Source: Octopus sinensis (taxonomy: Eukaryota). Taken from it: DNA of 64,000 nt. Within the stretch, counting starts at the first letter, position 1, and each line of letters starts with the position of its first letter. Location: assembly GCF_006345805.1 (NCBI RefSeq), contig NC_043017.1, forward strand, positions 19,034,001 to 19,098,000, written 5' to 3'. The notes beneath the pieces were generated by a model. The model was not told the origin of the DNA and did not search any database. It saw nothing but the letters and a program-made list of their open reading frames with translations. Of the stretch, positions 12,389 to 63,910 are shown in pieces. The translations under genes and the position numbers were made by a program.

Positions 12389-13793
12389 GGCAGATCCCTG
12401 GTTAGGATTTCCATAATCTCCTGGAAATAACCAGGTGCAAACTTAATTCCAAAAGGGAGTCGTTGCTGCAGGAGTACTCGCGGTGAGTGCTGAGGGAAGC
12501 ATAAGGCTGGTTAGAAGTCTTAGAACGCGATGTTCTTGCACCTTCAATCTGGTCTTGACTCTCTGTGCATTTCAGTTCAAGAGCATCATCCACAGAGATT
12601 CCCAATGTCTTGGTTTGGCCCATAAAAGTTCCCAGCACGGGTAGGTGGTGCTTGCTAGCAGACTTGTAGCGAAGTCTGACATCATCCAACTTCGGTTTTC
12701 CTAATTGTTTCCGGGCCAGCAAAGAAACAAAATTTCCCGTAGTTGCAGTGTCCAGTTCCACCGTGAACTGACAGTCCTGGATTGTGATTGGCGCAACTAC
12801 CCTAAAAGTATCGTCGGGAACTTCGCCGAGCATTATTTTCACGAGTTCTGCTTTCGTGATTCTCTTCGCGGAAGGTTGAAAACGATGTTCCCATTGCTTC
12901 TTCTTACAAACAGCTTTCAAATGTCATTTCTTGTCACAAAAATGGTATTTGACTTCTTTGTAGGGGCAGTCTGCCACTTTATGGGCCTTTCCACATCTGT
13001 AACACTTCAACTCAGGGTCTGTGGTATTAGACTGTTGGTGGTTTTTTTTCGTTGACCCTTATTCTGTCTCTGCTTGATCTTGTTGACAGGCCTGGAACCG
13101 CCAACAGTTTCGTTGGCAGCCTTCGCCGTGTCTTCGGTCTCAGTTGCGACTTGGACAGCACGGGCAACATTCAACTCTGTGTCCTTGATCTTGGAAAGAG
13201 CCTTCAAAACAGCTTCATTGTTGACAAAATATATGAATCTCTGTCTATAAGCTTCATCTTGAGGGTCTGTTATCGAAAGGAAGTCACAGGTAGCAGCATC
13301 TTGACGTATACGCTGCCAGTTCCTGGAGAGTTTTGCCTGGCTTCCGTTGTCTGTCACTCCAGAACTTGAAACGTTCTCGCACAACGAAACGTTTGGGGTC
13401 GAATTGTTCTTTCATAAAGTTGACAATTTCCTCCATCGTCATCTCGTTAATATCCCTGGGCGGACTCTGTTGAGTAGCCAGATTCGCCAGTTAGCGGTTT
13501 GATTCGTCACGAAAACTTGAGCCGTGAGCTGGTCAGGCTCGGCGTATGTCTCAACATAAATGCAGAATCTTGACCAGTAATCAGGCCACAATTCTGATGT
13601 TTAATGAAAAGCAGCAAGTGGTGAGACAGCAGTTGAAGAAGTTGGACTGGAATACTTTTCAGAAATTTGAACTTGAATCAACCTTCTCAAAGCTTCCATG
13701 TCTTCTCTGAGCTGCTGCGCCTGGGCCTCCATTTCTTCCCCCTGAAGTTGAAGTTGTGTGAGCAACATTATCAGCTCACCGCTTTGTTGCCAA
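12389..13793 (-). mobile_element. Gypsy/Ty3 LTR retrotransposon remnant (PBS-like start, gag, zinc knuckle, aspartic protease)
   Basis: tggcaacaaagcggtg PBS-like sequence 13792-13777; gag ATG 13768; CYRCGKAHKVADC knuckle; ELDTA protease motif; multiple disablements; no LTR seen. Confidence 0.85.
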
Positions 13794-14271
13794 GGTTAAA
13801 ATAGCTTACAGTAAAACTCTAACTATATTAGGTAAAATGAAGTTTTATATCCCATAAAACTCTTGACAAAACTAATTTAACTGATGCTAGAAATTTGAAG
13901 CCATTAAGTCTTTAAACATTATTTTACTGGGTTTAGTCGTTCGACTGTCGCTATGATGGGGGTACCACCTTCAAAAATTTAATTGATCATACTGACCTCA
14001 GTACGTATTTCAATCTGGCATTTATTTTATAAATTCACCGCATGATGAACTGCTAACTTTGAGATATAGTGGGACACAATACTCGATTTAACAACAAATG
14101 TAAATACACACACATATTAGGTGCAAGAATGACTGTGTGGTTGAGAAATTTGCTTCTCAACCACTTGGTTCCACGTTCAGTACCTCTGCATGGTACCTTG
14201 GGCAAGTGTTTTCTACTATAGCCCTAGGCCAACCACAGACTTGTGACTGAATTTGGTAGACGGAAACTGCA

Positions 14272-14416
14272 GGGTTGCTCATTAGAAAATCATGTTTATA
14301 AAGAAGAATTTTTTGCTTCATCCTCCTCGTGTGCCGATTCTGCCCATAAGAAAGAACAATTAATACAATGTAGCTGCCTGTCATAACACCCAGGCAACGC
14401 CGGGGTGCATTGCTAG
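14272..14416 (+). mobile_element. Helitron 3' end fragment
   Basis: cccaggcaacgccgggg hairpin followed by CTAG|T; upstream NHVYKEEF resembles the RepHel C-terminal NxVYKE. Confidence 0.6.
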
Positions 14417-14605
14417 TGTGTGTACGTGTATATATATATATATATATATGGTGTGTGTGTGTATGTATTTGTACATGTGTATATATATATTTATGCGTGT
14501 ATATATATATGTGTGTGTGTATGTGTATGTATTTGTACATGTGTATATATATATATATGCGTGTGTGTGTATGTATTTGTACGTGTATATATATATATAT
14601 GCGTG

Positions 14606-14636
<31 letters not shown>

Positions 14637-14639
14637 ATT

Positions 14640-14709
<70 letters not shown>

Positions 14710-14712
14710 TAT
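14417..14712. repeat. Compound (TA)n/(TG)n microsatellite; others at 1-160, 1345-1630, 20550-20685, 32270-32340, 34545-34620, 41030-41085, 41385-41462 (GA), 55700-55805
   Basis: Directly visible; source of the YIYI/VCVC pseudo-ORFs. Confidence 0.97.
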
Positions 14713-17220
14713 CCTATAATTCTCCTTTAGTTCTTTCTTTTTGATTTTAAGAGACAAATATAAAATACACTTTAAATCATAACTAGCAAGTGCCGTATTT
14801 AATTAATTGTAATAATGATAATTAATGTCACCCTAAAGAAACAGAAATTTCCCTTCACAGGCGAGTCTGTCCGCCTGCCAAGATGTCATCTCTAAAAATA
14901 GTTTAGAAATCAAAATTAGCGCCAAAACGGATGAACTAATTCTGTTTAGTGAAATATTTACGTCAAGCTGTTAGTATCAAGTGACTGAAATCTTTTATAG
15001 AACGAACACACAGACACAGTTAATATTGGGTTGTGACAAGTAGAACAGGCGCGAAAATTTAATTTAGTGAGTCACCTCCTTTTTTCTTTTCTCATTGTAA
15101 TGTTGGCAGGCCCGGTTTCAATTCTCGGATAAAATCATTTCACTTTATTTTCCCCAATAATATATTTGAAAATTATATGAATGTCACAATATCAAATATA
15201 GAGTAAAGTTGTTGTTTTTTTTAAATCGACTCCCGTGAAATGCAATAACATGAATTCATAATAATTGGTGTTGATGTTGACGCTGCGGTTTCAATTCTAG
15301 GTGGAATGCGGATTCATTTCACTTATGTCCTAATGCTGTTTGGGAAAAGCATGAATGTCACGATGACAAAAGTGTGCCAGACTTGTTCGGGCACCAGCTG
15401 GCAAGCGTCTACGTCAATTGGCAACAGAAGGGGAGAAGCTTTGTTTTGTATGAAAAAAATTATTTTTAAAAAATCAATTAAAAAAAAAAATTCAAGAAGT
15501 ATTTAAGAAAATAAAATTATCATCATCATCATTTAACGTCAGCTTCCCATGCTAGCATGGGTTGGACAAATGATAATTTTTTCAGAACTGTCCTCATTTA
15601 TTCAATTATATATACATAATACATACACAGACACTCAATATACATACATGAACACATACACACCCATACATGTAATATGTATATACAGTTATAGATCTAT
15701 TACAGATTTCTTTGTAGTCCAGTTTACTGGGCTACATGTTAAAACTCTTTGGAAAAATACTTGAAAGAAAAAAAAAAAGGATTATTTTTTCAGCTTACCC
15801 AGCCCTTCTGTTATACTAAGAGGGGGGAAACAGGAGTAATCCTAAACAATAGAGTAGGAAATTATTTAATTTGCCGACCATTGTACTTTTTCTATATTTG
15901 TATATTTTTAAACATCAGAGATTACAATTCTGTAAAAATAAATTAAATCTTTCCAAAATTTTAACTTTAACCACTGCCCTGCTTCCACTCACTTCCATAA
16001 AAGAGAAATTTTGAAACAAAACTATTTGTGAAAATTTTATTGTAGCATAATTTTTCAATCTGTCACATTTCAAAAATGTGAAGCATCAAACAAATTAAAA
16101 TGCAAAGTTATGGAAATAAGGATGAATTAAATCCCAAAAATATTTTTCAATTCAAATTTTGAAGAAAAAATAAAGTTTTTGTATGATTGTGATCTCCAGT
16201 GTTGAAATCATACAAACCTGAAGAAATTATAGTTTTTGACAAACTAGATCATTTCTGGCTATCCTATAGTATCACTGAAAAGCAAAATATAAAGAGCACT
16301 GAAAAATGCTCTTGAGGCAGCTGTAAAAATGAACATATAATTTTGAGATTATTTTACCCCAGCATGTCCACAGCCCAAAACAAATAGAAGTATTTATGTG
16401 AGCGATCATTTTTATTATCATCCTTGAATGTCAGTTTTCCATGCAGGTGTGAGTAAGATGATTTGACCAGAGTTGGCAAGCAGGAGAGCTGTACCAGGTT
16501 TCAGTCTAATTTGGCCTGTTTCTATGTCTGGATACCTTTCCTAACATCAACCACTTTAGTGAAGGTGAGTGGCTTAGTGGTTAGGGCTTTCAGCTAATAA
16601 TCGTAACGTCATGAGTTAGGTTTCTGCTAATGTGTTGCGCTCTTGAGCAAGACATTTTATTTCAAGTTGCTCCAGTTCACCTAGCTGGAAAAAAATGAGT
16701 TGTACCTGTAATTCAAAGGGGCCAGCTGCATCAAGCTGAATCTCCTTGAGAACTACATGAAGGGTACACATGTCTGTGGAGTACTCCACCACTTGCACAT
16801 TAAATTCACAAACAGGCTGTTTCATTGATTGAATCAGCTGGAACACTCATTGTTATAACTGATGGAAGGCCAATTATGTATGATATATGTAGGTCTGTGT
16901 ATGTGTGTGTATATATAATTAATGAATAGCGGCGAGCTGGCAGAAACGTTAGCGTGCCAGGCGAAATGCTTAGCAGTATTTTCTGCCTTTATGTTCTGAA
17001 TTCAAATTTTGTCGAGGTTGACTTTACCTTTCATCCTTTCAGGGTCGATAAATTAAGTACCAGTTACGCACTGGAGTCGATGTAATTGACTTAATCTCTT
17101 TGTCTGTCCCCTCTATGTTCAGTCCCTTGTGGACAATAAGGAAATAATAATTAATGAATATTTCTTTTTGTCAAGATACCATTTAAATATTTCTTCAACA
17201 TGGAGTTAAAAGAAAGTCAA

Positions 17221-17281
17221 AATACAAACAACAAAAACACACACATCCAGTTCCAATCAATTTGGCAATGATCATTTTATT
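17221..17281 (-). terminator. Candidate ATP13A1 polyadenylation signal (AATAAA at 17281-17276 plus downstream GU/U-rich element)
   Basis: Minus-strand AATAAA followed about 30 nt later by tgtgtgtgtttttgttgtttgtatt. A nearer AATAAA lies at 18374-18369. Confidence 0.35.
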
Positions 17282-17515
17282 GAAGAGATTCTAACAACAA
17301 GTCATCAGGTCAATACTTCAGGAAAATGGTCTGCGTTTACTGGTCAGGTACAACAAGTTCAGATATGTCTCTTTGGAGCAGCTAGTTCACAGTTGTACAA
17401 TTAATTATCATCATGGGAATAGTTTAAAAATTTTAAAAAAATAATATTTAAAAAGGTATCATCTCATATTTGGGGAGGGAGGTGAGGAAATGGCATGTGT
17501 ATATATATATATATA

Positions 17516-17548
<33 letters not shown>

Positions 17549-18513
17549 ACGCAAACCATTCCAATCTTTTTTCTTTTTTAATCTTCGTTATAGATTATTT
17601 AATTATTTATCCCATTATCAACAACCTTAATAGTGAATTATATATATATTTTTTTCATTTCTGTGACTGTCTAGAAAAATGCATTAATAGAAATTCAAAA
17701 TTAACTTTATATAAATATTTAAACTGTTATTAATTTTCAAATTTAAATCTAATGTTATTATGTTTGCAGAAGAAAAATTAATAAAATTAGGACTTTTTTT
17801 AAAAAATAAAATGAAAAATTTTTTCTTCTCCAGAAAAATTGTTAAATTAAAAGAAATAAATATTCAAGAAATATTTTTTGCTATTTTTTAAACTTTTTTG
17901 CTTTTCAATATCTTTAAGTTGAAAGAAATATTTAAAAGATTTGGTTGTAGTAGAAATTTTGAGTGAAAAAACAATTTTTTTTTGTAATATACAGTATGAA
18001 AAAAAAAAACTATGAAAGAACAGAACCCCCCCGTTTTCACATTTTTTTTGTACATGCAGCGTTTGTGTATGCATTTACTGCAGGATTGTCTCTCTTTTCC
18101 TTTTTTTTTTTCTTTAGAATTAATGTCAATGTTTTTGGAATAAGTAAGAATGACAAGAAAAGAATGGTGGCTGGCAGCGCCAACAGTTATCAAATCAATG
18201 ATTGGAATACATGAGATCAGATGTGATGAGAGAGAGAGAGAGAGAAAAGATCAAAAGTAAAACAAAAATAAAAAATAAAAAAACAACAAAGATCCCATAT
18301 CAGCCATGGTTTCAAGGTTGTGTAATTTCAATAATAAATGCTCTTGGACTCAACATCTGTGTAGTTTCTTTATTGCCTAGTATCCGAGCCATTCCTTTTT
18401 GTCTTCTTAAAAAAAAACAAAAAAAAACCCAAAACAAACAAAAACAAAACAAAAAATAAGACCCCCCCCAACAAAAACACATCAATTCCCACCCCCCACT
18501 TCCTTTCTTTGAT

Positions 18514-56206
<37,693 letters not shown>

Positions 56207-58490
56207 GTTAAACTGGTTATACAGAGCGGATGCTTAAATTTTATAATCACCGTTCACCTCGGTTGTTTTTTTTTGCTTTTATCGTTTTGTTTTCCATCAA
56301 AATTAAAAGAAAATTTTCAAGAAATAATCATGATTTTAATTTATATTCAAATATTTATCTATTTATTATTCTCGATCTTTAATTATTTTATATCATATTT
56401 AGATGATGCGAAACTAAGTAAAAATTACTGCTAGTTTTATTAGTTACTATTGTGTAGCAGACAGCCAAAGTGAAACCACATTTCTGGTTAATTTCATAAA
56501 TAAAATAAACCAACCAGAAACCGGACAAGATTATTCATGCGTGTTTATTGACGGCAAAGTTATAGATCTGACATGAAGGTTTTGCTGGCTATTTTCAGTA
56601 GAAGGATCGTAAATTAAATACTGACAAAATTTCTTGTCAATCCAATAAAACATAGAAGGAACTAACTAAATGTTTCAAAACATTTGTTGTTTTTGTTATT
56701 TAGCTTCAAGTTAGCTGTGGTTGAGAGTATACAGTTAGAGCAAATCATTCACGATAGTAGACTGTTCTTGTTCTGAGTCAGTGCCAAAAGCAGTCACTCT
56801 CTCTCATTAAAATAATAACGAACCTGTTGTATACAGTGCTCAGGTGCACTACAACTCATCAGAAAAAGTAGGTGAAAGTGCACGAACAGTATATAGAATA
56901 ATGCACAGGAAGTGAACAGTGAATGGGTTGTTTAAAAAAAAGATTTTTTTAGTTATTTTTTGTTCTTGATATCAGGTGAGGTCAGATGGAGGTCATGCAA
57001 CTGTTGCAGTGCGTTGCTGCATTTACCATTTGTTGGTATATTCTTGGATCCCCGCTGGGTAACCTGTCAAGCAGGGTCCCAATCAGTCCTCATCTCCATG
57101 AGATACCTCCTCATCTGTCATGACCATGTGGCATGTGGTTGACCAACACAAGCTGTCAACCCAGCCAGATCCTCAGTGAACAGAACACAGTAAGCTGGGT
57201 CTAACTTGGCAAAGCAAGAAACATTGTCGAACAGTCTGAGCTGATACTCCAAAATCATACAAGAGAACACATCCAAGTTTCTGGGCAGAATTGGTTGGAT
57301 GCAAAATCCAGTCACTGGTAACCCCATAATCCTATGAAGCATCCTGGTACCAAAGGAATTCAAGTGGCTCCTAAGGGCCCTGGACAGCATTCGAGTCTCA
57401 CAACTATAGAGCAGGACAGGAAAAACCAAACACCTAAAGACCTGAACTCTTGTTCTCCTGCACAGATATTGGCAACACCAAATGCCCTGGTCAAATGAGT
57501 CCACAAATGCACCATCTTGTCCAAGGCTTTTTAGGACTTTAACTCACAGCTAATATTGCTATGAATCTCATTGCTGAGATAAGTGAAGCAGTCAACAACT
57601 TCAACATTTTCTGTTCCTGTGAAGCTGCTTCTTTATTCTACTTGAACTCTTTAAATGCAGAAAGCAGATTTATCTGCTCAAAATTTTGTTAACTGCAGAA
57701 AGTGATTTTACTCCATGTCTTTGAAAAAACTCTCCTTATGTTGTGAAGATTGGAGACACTTCTAGTGACAACTTTTCTTTTTACAAAAGACAATTTTTCA
57801 GATTTTCTTAATTTTTTCACATATTTCATCAAATATCTCTTTACAGAGCAAGAATCAAATATTTTTAGCAGTAGAGATTTTGCAAAATAATACAGAAGCA
57901 GAAAATATCAATTCCATTTTTTGGTAGATGATTAACATCATTAGAAGAATGGCCATGAAATTTAATTATGCAGTCAAAGGGTTAATGGTGTAAACATAGA
58001 TTCACTCAACCAAAAATTGAACTCACGCCCCACTAGGTTAACTGTAACACTTAACTCTTATAGTCACTATACCGTTGTTTCTAGAACAATTAGGGAATGG
58101 AATTTAGGAGATTTAAATTTATTTTTATGGTTTTAGACTTGATGCTTTCTCTTAATTAAAGGCTGCCATATAGAGCTCATAAGTAGGCTGGTTTTACTGA
58201 GCCATTATCAGTTCCCAGTTTAAACTGATTCTTTCAATTGTTTTATCTTCCAATTTCAACCCTATCTATTATCATGACTTTGCTCCTCAAACTTTAGTGA
58301 GATCTCTTACCCTTTCATAAATGATCTGTCATGCTTCTTCTTTCAATTCTTCAAAACATTAATGGTTATATAACAGTTTCCCATTACTTTATTGACTGGA
58401 CATGCATTTACCAAGCAGTGAAGCAAGCTATTATTATACGATGGATTTTACCTATGATGAATTTACTATTGACCAAGGCTACCTGACAGT

Positions 58491-58930
58491 CGGGTCTTAT
58501 ATGGTGTGCTTTGATTAGGGTCCATGAGGTGCACATATGCGCTAAGTTACATTAATGGTTATATAACAGCTTCCTGTTACTTTACACACACTTCGTATTT
58601 TTTTTTGCAAGGATTGCTTGGTAGAGGACGAAGCAGTGCTCTACAGTATAGTTTTGGTTTGCTTCTCCACAGTCACAAGGGGTTAGGCTGGTTTTGTTGC
58701 CACAGACAACCGGGTCTTATATGGTGTGCTTTGATTAGGGTCCATGAGGTGCACATATGCGCTAAGTTACATTAATGGTTATATAACAGCTTCCTGTTAC
58801 TTTACACACACTTCGTATTTTTTTTTGCAAGGATTGCTTGGTAGAGGACGAAGCAGTGCTCTACAGTATAGTTTTGGTTTGCTTCTCCACAGTCAAAAGG
58901 GGTTAGGCTGGTTTTGTTGCCACAGACAAC
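58491..58930. repeat. Tandem duplication, 2 x 220 bp
   Basis: 58491-58710 and 58711-58930 differ at one base (agtcacaagg / agtcaaaagg). Confidence 0.95.
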
Positions 58931-61104
58931 CAGAACAACTTTTGATCATCCTGTCCTCATTTTCGGGCAGTTTGAACATTTTCTACTGCATCCATGGCGC
59001 TTCTGAACTAAGAGGGAGGTCTTCAACAAAGGTTATTCCTATGTCAATTGGAGGAAGGCTGTCCTCAAGCTTTTCAATCTGGAACTGGCATCCGGTTTCT
59101 TTCCAAGATGCTGTTAGGGGTTGGACATAACTGAGAATCAGTCCTATCTGATATTTCTGTTTCCCCACAAATTAAGCCTCCATTCCCTCCATTTAGAGGA
59201 TAGCTTGTATCATCTTTCTATTTCTCTATAACGCTCAGTTCTTAGTTATGATCTCTTTTGATGGAGGTTTTGTTTCAGGAGAGATGTCCCCAAAGGGTAA
59301 ACTTGTTCTTATGCACTAAATAGAAGATTTCACTCAAAATTCCAAGAATGCTACTGAATGCAAGCACCTGAGGAATGCCACTGGTAAAATGGGTGAACTG
59401 TTGTGACTTTTACCACTAAAATAAGAATACCAATCTGAATATATCAGACTGGTGGCCTGATATATATCAGGCTGAGTAAAAAGTAAGCAATGTTTTGAAA
59501 CATGAAATATATTTCAACAATGTGGAAATTTTATTCACCAAAGTAAGTACCATTACAATCAATACATATTTGCCAATGAGTTACAAGTTTGTTTATTCCG
59601 GTCACATAAAAATCTGGAGTTCTGGAGCTGATGAACTTTTTGAACACATTTTCAGCATCAGTTTGATGTTTGAACTCCTTCTCTCGCAGGAAGCCATCAA
59701 GGTGCTTGAAAAAGAGGTAGTTGGTAGGAGAAAGGTCTGGGGAAGAACTAGCTGAGTAAGTGTTACAGCTAAGTGAAAGTCATTTCATGTGATTGGTTAA
59801 GTAACTGGCCAATCAGCATCAAGCCATCATGTGATTTGACTTTCTAGAACCTTCTAATAAAGCTTATAAAATGGTGAATTTTTAGCACTAACTTCACTAT
59901 AAAATGCTGTTGTGGTGACAACTCCATTCTCATTTCATTCTCCAGCCTTTTGCAGATACAGAATGCCAAGACAATTGTTTTAACAACTCCATACACATGT
60001 TTCTATTCTCCAGCTATACACATTGAAAGTACAGATTTTCTGTAATGAATTTAGTACAGTATTTCTCCATTTGTGACAGCCTAGTCACAGATTCATATGT
60101 ACCAGCTCCATTGTTGTAGCCATTAGAGTTTACTCTCTAAGTGTATATGAATTGTTTTTATTCTTCATCTAAAGACCAACAAAGAAAACACTATGGACAG
60201 TAAATAAAGCTTTTGTTAATTGTTTGTAAGTTTTGTTCATAATTTACACACAGCCAACAGCCAAACATAATCCTCATAGAAGAATATCTCATATAGAACA
60301 GATGGAAAGCAAAGTTGACTCCATTGAGATTTAAACTCAGTTCTTAAAGGATTATCACTAAACACTGTAAAGCATTTTTGCCCATCAGTTTACTGTTTCT
60401 GAAGGTAGTGGATTTGTGGAGTTATTAGGGTGTGGGACCAGAATGCCTTGTGGTCTTTGTTCCGACTCCCTATACTCTGAGTTCAAATACCATTGAGGTG
60501 GTCAATTTTACCTTTTATCTTTTCTTGGTTGATAATAAAGTACCAATCGAAGATGGTTGATTGGTAGCAGTGGTGGTGGTGGTGGTGGTGGGCAATATTA
60601 GAGGGGGTCTATTCAAATGTCTTGTGGTATCTGTTCTGGAGCTTTGTGTTCTGACAGCAATGCCTCTGCCAACACTGGTGTCAAGCTGCATCAACCCAAG
60701 TTAGAGGCCTTTCACCTTGGATAAACATCAGTGACATGGACAGAAGAGACTTCCATGAAAGGGCATCTTTTCGTCATCTTTTAAGAAAAATCTTGCCCAG
60801 ACATGCACTTACATGTCAGCATGCATGGTCAAAATTGGCTGAAGGAGGCTTCCTGCCGTTTCTCTCAGCCCACACATAATGTTAATAATTCTTTCTGAAT
60901 TTTTAAGGGGTGGGGGTCTAGTTAATTACATTGCCCCCAGTACTTGACTGGTACTTTATTTTATTGATTCCCAAAGAATGAAAGACAAAGTTGACCTTGA
61001 GGTATTTTGAACTCAGAATATAATGCTGGAAGAAATGCTGCAAAGCTTTTGGTCTGGCATGGTAATGATTCTGCCAGCTCACCATCTTACATATAATAAT
61101 AATA

Positions 61105-61135
<31 letters not shown>

Positions 61136-62787
61136 TGAACTTATTGTATACAGTGTTCAAGTAGATTACAGCTTGGAAAAGGTCAAAAGAGGGAAGAGAA
61201 TGTAGGCATGTAAGACAAGTAAAGAAAGACAGCAATGAAAACAAGAAGGGGTGCCATGTGCTAGGGGGCACCAAGGAGGGCATGATAAAGACAAGGAAAT
61301 TTCCACAACCGTCAGCTTGTACATGCTGGAGTTCAGCTTGCATGGGGCACCAGCAACCCTAGGGCCGGCTCTGCACAGTAAATAGTAAAGAAAAATAGTA
61401 AAATCCCAAACAAGTGACCGGTGGGGGAGGCTGTGGATGCCACTGTGGGTGCTACTGGATGCTGGACTCTGGTGAAGATGTTATTCCACACTTTCCAATC
61501 CATGGAACCGGCCTTAGCATGCTTGAAGTTAAGGTGCTGCAACTTCAGGACTTCCTTAGTATGTTTTGTCCATGTAGACAGGACAAAACATGAAAATAGA
61601 GATAAGGAAATATGAAAAAAAAAAAAAAAAAATCATAAAAAATAGGGGTGTATAGACACATCAAGAATTTGCGAATTTCAGGAAGCATAGAATTTTTGAA
61701 GAATGCAGTGTCCTGACAATTAACAATTGCTGCAGGTCGTTTATTCACTTTTGCAACAACTCTGTGCACAAAAAAGTTTGTGAAAGTCATGGATGCTGTA
61801 TTGTTTTTATTTTTAATTTTATAAGCATGTCCACATGTGATAGATACATTGAATTCAAAAACATGACCAAAGTTTTTGTTGAAAAGATGGTGGGTAGCCT
61901 TGTGGGCTTCTACCAAGTCAACTTCTAGATATCAAAACCAGAATGTAATATCAAGCTATTAATTGATAAATGGCATTATTTCTATTACTGTAGTGGAATT
62001 AACCTTTTCTTGCCATCTATATTTTAAAACAGATTGAAGTGACAGACCTCAGTCTTCCTTATTTCAATCAAATCAATGTTCGTTGTAAAGCATGTCTTTT
62101 AGGTATTACTGTTTCAAAGCCTAGGTGTCATAGGGTGAGCTACCTGGTTTCCGTGGCTTGTAACTGACTGAGATCGCAGTATCCCCATAAACGGGATGCC
62201 AGTCCATCACAAGGTTACTTATTTACAACTGAATAGATGGGAGAAATGAAGTGTTTTGCTCAAGAAGATAATGTACTGTTCAGTCAGGGAATTGAAACAC
62301 AATTTTGTGATCATGGATCCAATACCCTAACCACTAAAAAAAAATTTTTTTATTCAAGGCGGTGCCACAGCATGGCCGCAGTTTTATGACTGGAACAATT
62401 AGAATAATAAAAAAAATAAAGATAAGCTATAAATCACTCCCTGGATATGATGTTATCTCCATTGAATTTGATAGAATCATTTAACGATTGGGATTTCGAC
62501 GTGTGACTTCTCACAACACTGTTACAACCATCACCCACTATCTTATCTATAACAGCCAAATCTCCCGCAAAACATATACTGCCGTCTTTTAGAAAGATAG
62601 TACATCATGGACAATGTAGTGTCCCTCGTGTACAGGATGAGTGGTGGTCATGACTGGGATGCCTTTGATCATATGTCAGCTCAACCAGGACTAAAACAAC
62701 CATAGATTATCTTGTTTAACCAAGCGACATCGACGCAGTTGTTTCCCTTGCATTAGCGAGCGTCAAGTTACTCATCAGATCTGTTTT

Positions 62788-63369
62788 TTTTTTTCTACTC
62801 TAGGTAGAAGGCCCGAAATTTTGTGGGAGGGGGCCAGTCGGTAAGATCGACTTCAGTACGCAACTGGTACTTAATTTATGGACCCTGAAAGGATGACAGG
62901 CAAAGTCGACCTCGGCAGAATTTGAACTCAGAACATAAAGACAGACGAAATACCTATTTCTTTACTACCCACAAGGGGCTAAACACAGAAGGGACAAACA
63001 AGGACAGACAAACGGGTTAAGTCGATTATATCGACTCCAGTGCGTAGCTGGTACTTATTTAATCGACCCTGAAAGGATGAAAAGCAAAGTCGACTTCGGC
63101 GGAATTTGAACTCAGAAAGTAGCGGCCGACGAAATATCTGTTTCTTTATTACTCACAAGGGGCTAAACATAGAGGGAACAAACAAGGACAGACAAACGGG
63201 ATAAGTCGATTATATCGACCGCAGTGTGTAACTGGTACTTATTTAATCGACCCCGAAAGGATGAAAGGCAAAGTCGACCTCGGCGGAATTTGAACTCAGA
63301 ACGTAACGGCAGACGAAATATCGCTAAGTATTTCGCCCGGAGTGCTAACGTTTCTACCAGTTCGCCGCC
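62788..63369 (-). mobile_element. Composite trimeric SINE (head + three body units + polyA) within one 16-bp TSD
   Basis: TSD tcatcagatctgtttt at 62772-62787 and 63370-63385; three units each start tatttcgtc. Confidence 0.88.
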
Positions 63370-63910
63370 TCATCAGATCTGTTTTCTGCCATGCTGCAGG
63401 CATTTAAATCATACCATATCTAGTTATCAATTCGGCACACGCATACACACACGCACGCACGTACTTACGTACGCACGCACTCACGCATGCAAGGCACTTG
63501 CGTACGCACGCACTCACGCACATACGTGCATATGCACGCACACTTAAAAATGGTAAGACATGTATGAAAAATAAAAAGAACAAAAGGAGAAAAAAAAGCC
63601 CAGATTGGATGAGGCTAAATAACCTTTTTATTTGCATACTAATATTATTCGTTTACCAGTCATGATTTTTTTTTTTTTACATCGCAGAGATAATCTGAGA
63701 GAGAAGGTGTTTACGATCTCAATGATAAGTGAGAACAATAACATGGTCGATACCTAGCCTGAGAATCTGAATATCAATGTCTGCAGAAAAGGATGAGTAG
63801 AGAGGGAATTCAAGAGAGCAGTTATGTAGGTCATAGAACTAACCCGTTCTCTGAGCTGCCATTTTTAGTAGAGACCATTTTAGGCGAAGGTAAAGAATAC
63901 GCACACTCGG

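Noticed and set aside
9-14757. Many YIYI/VCVC/THTH ORFs (e.g. 9-218, 1347-1634, 14157-14757)
   Set aside because: Translations of dinucleotide microsatellites; no coding signal.
58200-59760. Possible I/Nimb-clade LINE remnant with RNase H upstream of ATP13A1
   Set aside because: Only vague motif echoes (APW, DCQVAL); too decayed to call without a profile search.
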